Below the pieces are notes generated by a model. The model did no database searches. It saw only the letters and a program-made list of their open reading frames with translations, and was not told the origin of the DNA. A stretch of DNA of 64,000 nt from Candidatus Multivoradales bacterium. GTDB lineage: Bacteria; Acidobacteriota; Thermoanaerobaculia; Multivoradales; J023. The stretch lies in the NCBI GenBank assembly GCA_965248925.1, contig CBDFLE010000006.1, positions 4,672,001 to 4,736,000 of the forward strand, written 5' to 3'. Both the position numbers and the translations under genes were made by a program. Below, in pieces: positions 61,104 to 64,000 of the stretch (positions are counted from its first letter, which is position 1; each line of letters starts with the position of its first letter).

Positions 61104-62960
61104 ATGAGCGCTAAGTTGTCTGCACCCACAGTAATGGTGATAGCTGCCTTGATCTTTGTCGCCGGCCCACCTCCCATCAGGGGGCAGGCAAAGGTCAGCG
61201 CGGGCTATGATCTCTTTGCGACTGACCCGGATACGACCGATCTTCTGGGCGTCCCTTTCGCAGGGGATGCTGGCGCCAAGCCGACCTTCGACTTCGTCGC
61301 TCCACCGGCCTCCGCCAACAGGCGCCGCGCGGTCGGCGATACCGACACCATCGTGCATCGGATGGAGACCGCCTCTGTCGACACCATTCCTGGAACCGCC
61401 GAGCCGATAGCCATAGAGCTCGTCATGCTGCGTCTGGTCAGTAAGGTCGAGTTCGATCTCGATGCCGACGGGGTGAGCGATGGCAAGGTTTTCGTGACAT
61501 TGCAGAAGGATCGCGATCCGGCGGGCGAGGTGAGAAGGAACTTCGATCATCTTCCCGGCGATGCCGATACGCCACCGGCGCCCCCCGGCTTCACTGTGGA
61601 GCAAGTGAGACCCGGGCTGCGCAGCTTCGGCGAGATGACGATCACCTTCGGGTCTGCCGCCGGTGGCACCTTCGACTCGCGGCTGCTCATCTTCGCCGAC
61701 TTGCGGCTCGGCTCTGCCGCCGGCCCTATCGTCTGTGGCGAGACGGCAGGCCTCCCCCCTTGTGCCGATCTCGACGCCGGGCTTGGGTTGGCGTCGCAGA
61801 GCTCCTTCTGGAGCCGCGATCCGCTGCCAGGATCGATCACTATTCGGGGGGTCAACTTCTCGCTGGCGGCACCGGACAGAAACGACCCGGTGGACACCAG
61901 CATAGACTTCCGCGCTGGCGTCGACCCGATGGCCTCGAAGACCGTATGTGTCGAGCACGGTGGGCATCCGGATCCAGGAGGCGCCCCAACCAACCACGGC
62001 ACTTGCTTTACTCCATGCACTACCGGAACGATCGCTGCGGATAGTTGCCGAAATTCAACAGACGACGACTGCAACGGCACCATTGACGACTGCGACGAGG
62101 ACCAGTTCGGTCCTTTCGTCGTGGCGCCGGCCTCCCAGACTTTCGAGTGCCCTCAGCAGGAGGCTGACCTCGGCCCACCTGTAGCTGGATTCGCCACCGG
62201 GACGGACAATTGCTTCCCTGCAACTCTGCGCCAAGAAAATATCTTCTTCACGGATTTCCGAGCCGCGGGCTGTGGCGATACCTTTGTCCTGGATCGAGTG
62301 TGGTCAGCCCGAGACGACTGCGGCAATGAAGCGGCGATGCCGGATCTGCAGCAGATCTTCGTTGTCGATGAGACCCACCCGGTGATCACCTTCTGCCCCC
62401 TCGACACGACGATCTTATGGACCGCCGATTCGAGCCCCGCCACGCTGGGCTCCGCGACGGCCACCGACACCTGCGGCGATGTGGGTATTGACTTCGCCGA
62501 CGTTGCTGTCGCCGGTGTCTGCCGCTCGCAGGAGATCACCCGAACCTGGACGGCCACGGACGACTGCGGCAACGACACACCTTGCCTGCAGCTGATCTCC
62601 GTGCGTGGACCGCGGGACTCGATCCTCGATCTGACCAACTTGCTGTCAGGTCTGGATCTCCCCAACGGCTGCAGAAACGGTCTCACCGCAACCCTCGCGG
62701 CTGCTGAGAGAAGCGTCTGCAGGAGCAACCCCGGCAGTGCAAATGCCGCGGCCGGCCAGCTGGGAGCGTTTCTGAATCAGCTGGATGCAAGGGCTTGTGC
62801 GAGAGCGTTAGAGCCGGCAGATGCCGAGGCGCTCAGGGCTGCAGCGGAAGCGATCATCGCTGCCATCGAGATCCAGGACCTGGACGGTGCACCCTTGTGC
62901 CCAGATGTCTGTGGAGGTAGCGGTGGCAATGGCGGCGGCAATGGCGGTGGCTGGCGCTGA
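61104..62960 (+). CDS. Secreted multidomain Cys/Asp-rich protein (HYR-like repeats, helical C-terminal domain)
   Basis: AAGGAGG RBS, signal peptide, DDDCNGTIDDC motif, two ATD.C...R.W.A.DDCGN repeats, Gly-rich tail. Confidence 0.75.
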   Translation: MSAKLSAPTVMVIAALIFVAGPPPIRGQAKVSAGYDLFATDPDTTDLLGVPFAGDAGAKPTFDFVAPPASANRRRAVGDTDTIVHRMETASVDTIPGTAEPIAIELVMLRLVSKVEFDLDADGVSDGKVFVTLQKDRDPAGEVRRNFDHLPGDADTPPAPPGFTVEQVRPGLRSFGEMTITFGSAAGGTFDSRLLIFADLRLGSAAGPIVCGETAGLPPCADLDAGLGLASQSSFWSRDPLPGSITIRGVNFSLAAPDRNDPVDTSIDFRAGVDPMASKTVCVEHGGHPDPGGAPTNHGTCFTPCTTGTIAADSCRNSTDDDCNGTIDDCDEDQFGPFVVAPASQTFECPQQEADLGPPVAGFATGTDNCFPATLRQENIFFTDFRAAGCGDTFVLDRVWSARDDCGNEAAMPDLQQIFVVDETHPVITFCPLDTTILWTADSSPATLGSATATDTCGDVGIDFADVAVAGVCRSQEITRTWTATDDCGNDTPCLQLISVRGPRDSILDLTNLLSGLDLPNGCRNGLTATLAAAERSVCRSNPGSANAAAGQLGAFLNQLDARACARALEPADAEALRAAAEAIIAAIEIQDLDGAPLCPDVCGGSGGNGGGNGGGWR

Positions 62961-63078
62961 CCCTGAACCCGCGTCCTGCCCCGCCTGGTTGCCGAAGGGC
63001 TCCTTAGAGCGGGTTTTCCCTGCTCTGCGCCAACCGTGGCCGGAGCAGTGACCGTCCTGGTGAGATGTCGAGTGAATC

Positions 63079-64000
63079 GTGCTGTTCTTTTGCAGAATCT
63101 CCACCAGGTATCCCGCTGCCTGCTTGGCGATCCTCGCGGTCACTACGCTGGGTTTCGCCGCGGCGCTGCCGCTGCTCGAGCTGCGGACCGATGGAGCGGC
63201 CCTCTACCCGCGGGGTGATCGGGCGGTCGAGCAGACCGCCCAGGATCGGTTGATTTTCGAGGATCCCGAAGAGCTGATCCTGCTGCTCAGCTCGCGGCCG
63301 GGTGGGCCGGCGATGACCTCGGCGGCCGGTCTTCGCGGTCTCACGCGGGTCCACGCGTCGGTCGCCGCGTTGCCGGGCATCGAGGCGGACAGTGTGCGCT
63401 CGGCGGCGAGCCTGATCGATGTCGCCACCAGCGGCGTCGGCGTGCTAGGCACTTTTCTGAGCGAGGTTCCCGACGACTCGACCGAGCTCGCGGTCTTGCT
63501 GCGCCGCCTGCGGGTGCGACCCTCAACAGAAGGGCTTTTCCTGGCCGCGGATGGCCGAGCGGCAGCGATCTACATACCCCTGGTTCCTGGGAAGGAGCGC
63601 CGAGAGGCTGTCGCGGAGCTTGAGAATTGGGCTGCCGGATACGGCGACGCGAGCTTTGATCTGTGCTTCACTGGTCCGGTTATCGCAGAGGCGCTGCTGG
63701 GCGAGCGGATCCTCAGCGACCTTGCCCGGCTAGTGCCGATGATGATTCTTGTCGTGTCGGTACTCTTGCTGGTCTGCGTGCGAACCGCTGGTGGATTCGT
63801 AGTGACGGTGAGCAAGATGTTGGTGGTGCTGGTCTGGACCGGTGGGTTGATGGCCTTGGGGTCGGTTCCGATCACACTCATGACGACGATTCTTCCGGTT
63901 CTCCTGCTGGCTTTGTCGGTCACCGACGAGGTACATGTTCTCGCCCGCTTGCAGGCCAAGCTGCCAAGCGGGCCGGTGACACCGGGGGAGGTCCGCAGCG
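63079..64000 (+). CDS. MMPL/RND-family transporter, 5' part (3'-truncated by window; absent from the ORF track)
   Basis: Open frame: TM1 LAILAVTTLGFAAALP, periplasmic domain, FTGPVIAEALLGERILSDLARLVP, TM run ending LALSVTDEVHVL; start uncertain. Confidence 0.82.
   Translation, partial: MLFFCRISTRYPAACLAILAVTTLGFAAALPLLELRTDGAALYPRGDRAVEQTAQDRLIFEDPEELILLLSSRPGGPAMTSAAGLRGLTRVHASVAALPGIEADSVRSAASLIDVATSGVGVLGTFLSEVPDDSTELAVLLRRLRVRPSTEGLFLAADGRAAAIYIPLVPGKERREAVAELENWAAGYGDASFDLCFTGPVIAEALLGERILSDLARLVPMMILVVSVLLLVCVRTAGGFVVTVSKMLVVLVWTGGLMALGSVPITLMTTILPVLLLALSVTDEVHVLARLQAKLPSGPVTPGEVRS

Overview
GC-rich bacterial chromosomal window. The gene content (ASPIC/UnbV-FG-GAP proteins, TPR-fused sulfatase-fold protein, b558-type SdhCAB) suggests an Acidobacteriota-like organism, but this is inference only. 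Housekeeping blocks: pstSCAB plus a coupled flavoprotein, fadN-fadA, epmB/efp/epmA, gpmI, nrdAB, pcnB and sdhCAB. These are interleaved with six toxin-antitoxin loci (one decayed, one orphan antitoxin). Main observations: (1) three genes (nrdB, an NTF2/SnoaL gene, sdhB) each have a diverged copy of only their 3' end lying 1.3-13 kb downstream, bracketing accessory cargo with no integrase in view; (2) the largest bracketed block is a coherent envelope module: a secreted protein ending in VPVELMSFSID, two PPIase-domain chaperones, two ASPIC/UnbV proteins, a TPR protein and a Thr-nucleophile sulfatase-fold enzyme; (3) a DUF3179 gene split by an in-frame UGA at a conserved Cys position and followed by a SECIS-like hairpin (probable exported selenoprotein); (4) NrdB carries the class Ic (Mn/Fe, Chlamydia-type) substitutions; (5) two short tandem arrays sit in regulatory regions. 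No rRNA, tRNA, CRISPR array, integrase or transposase was recognised. All family assignments come from motif recognition by eye; no searches were run.
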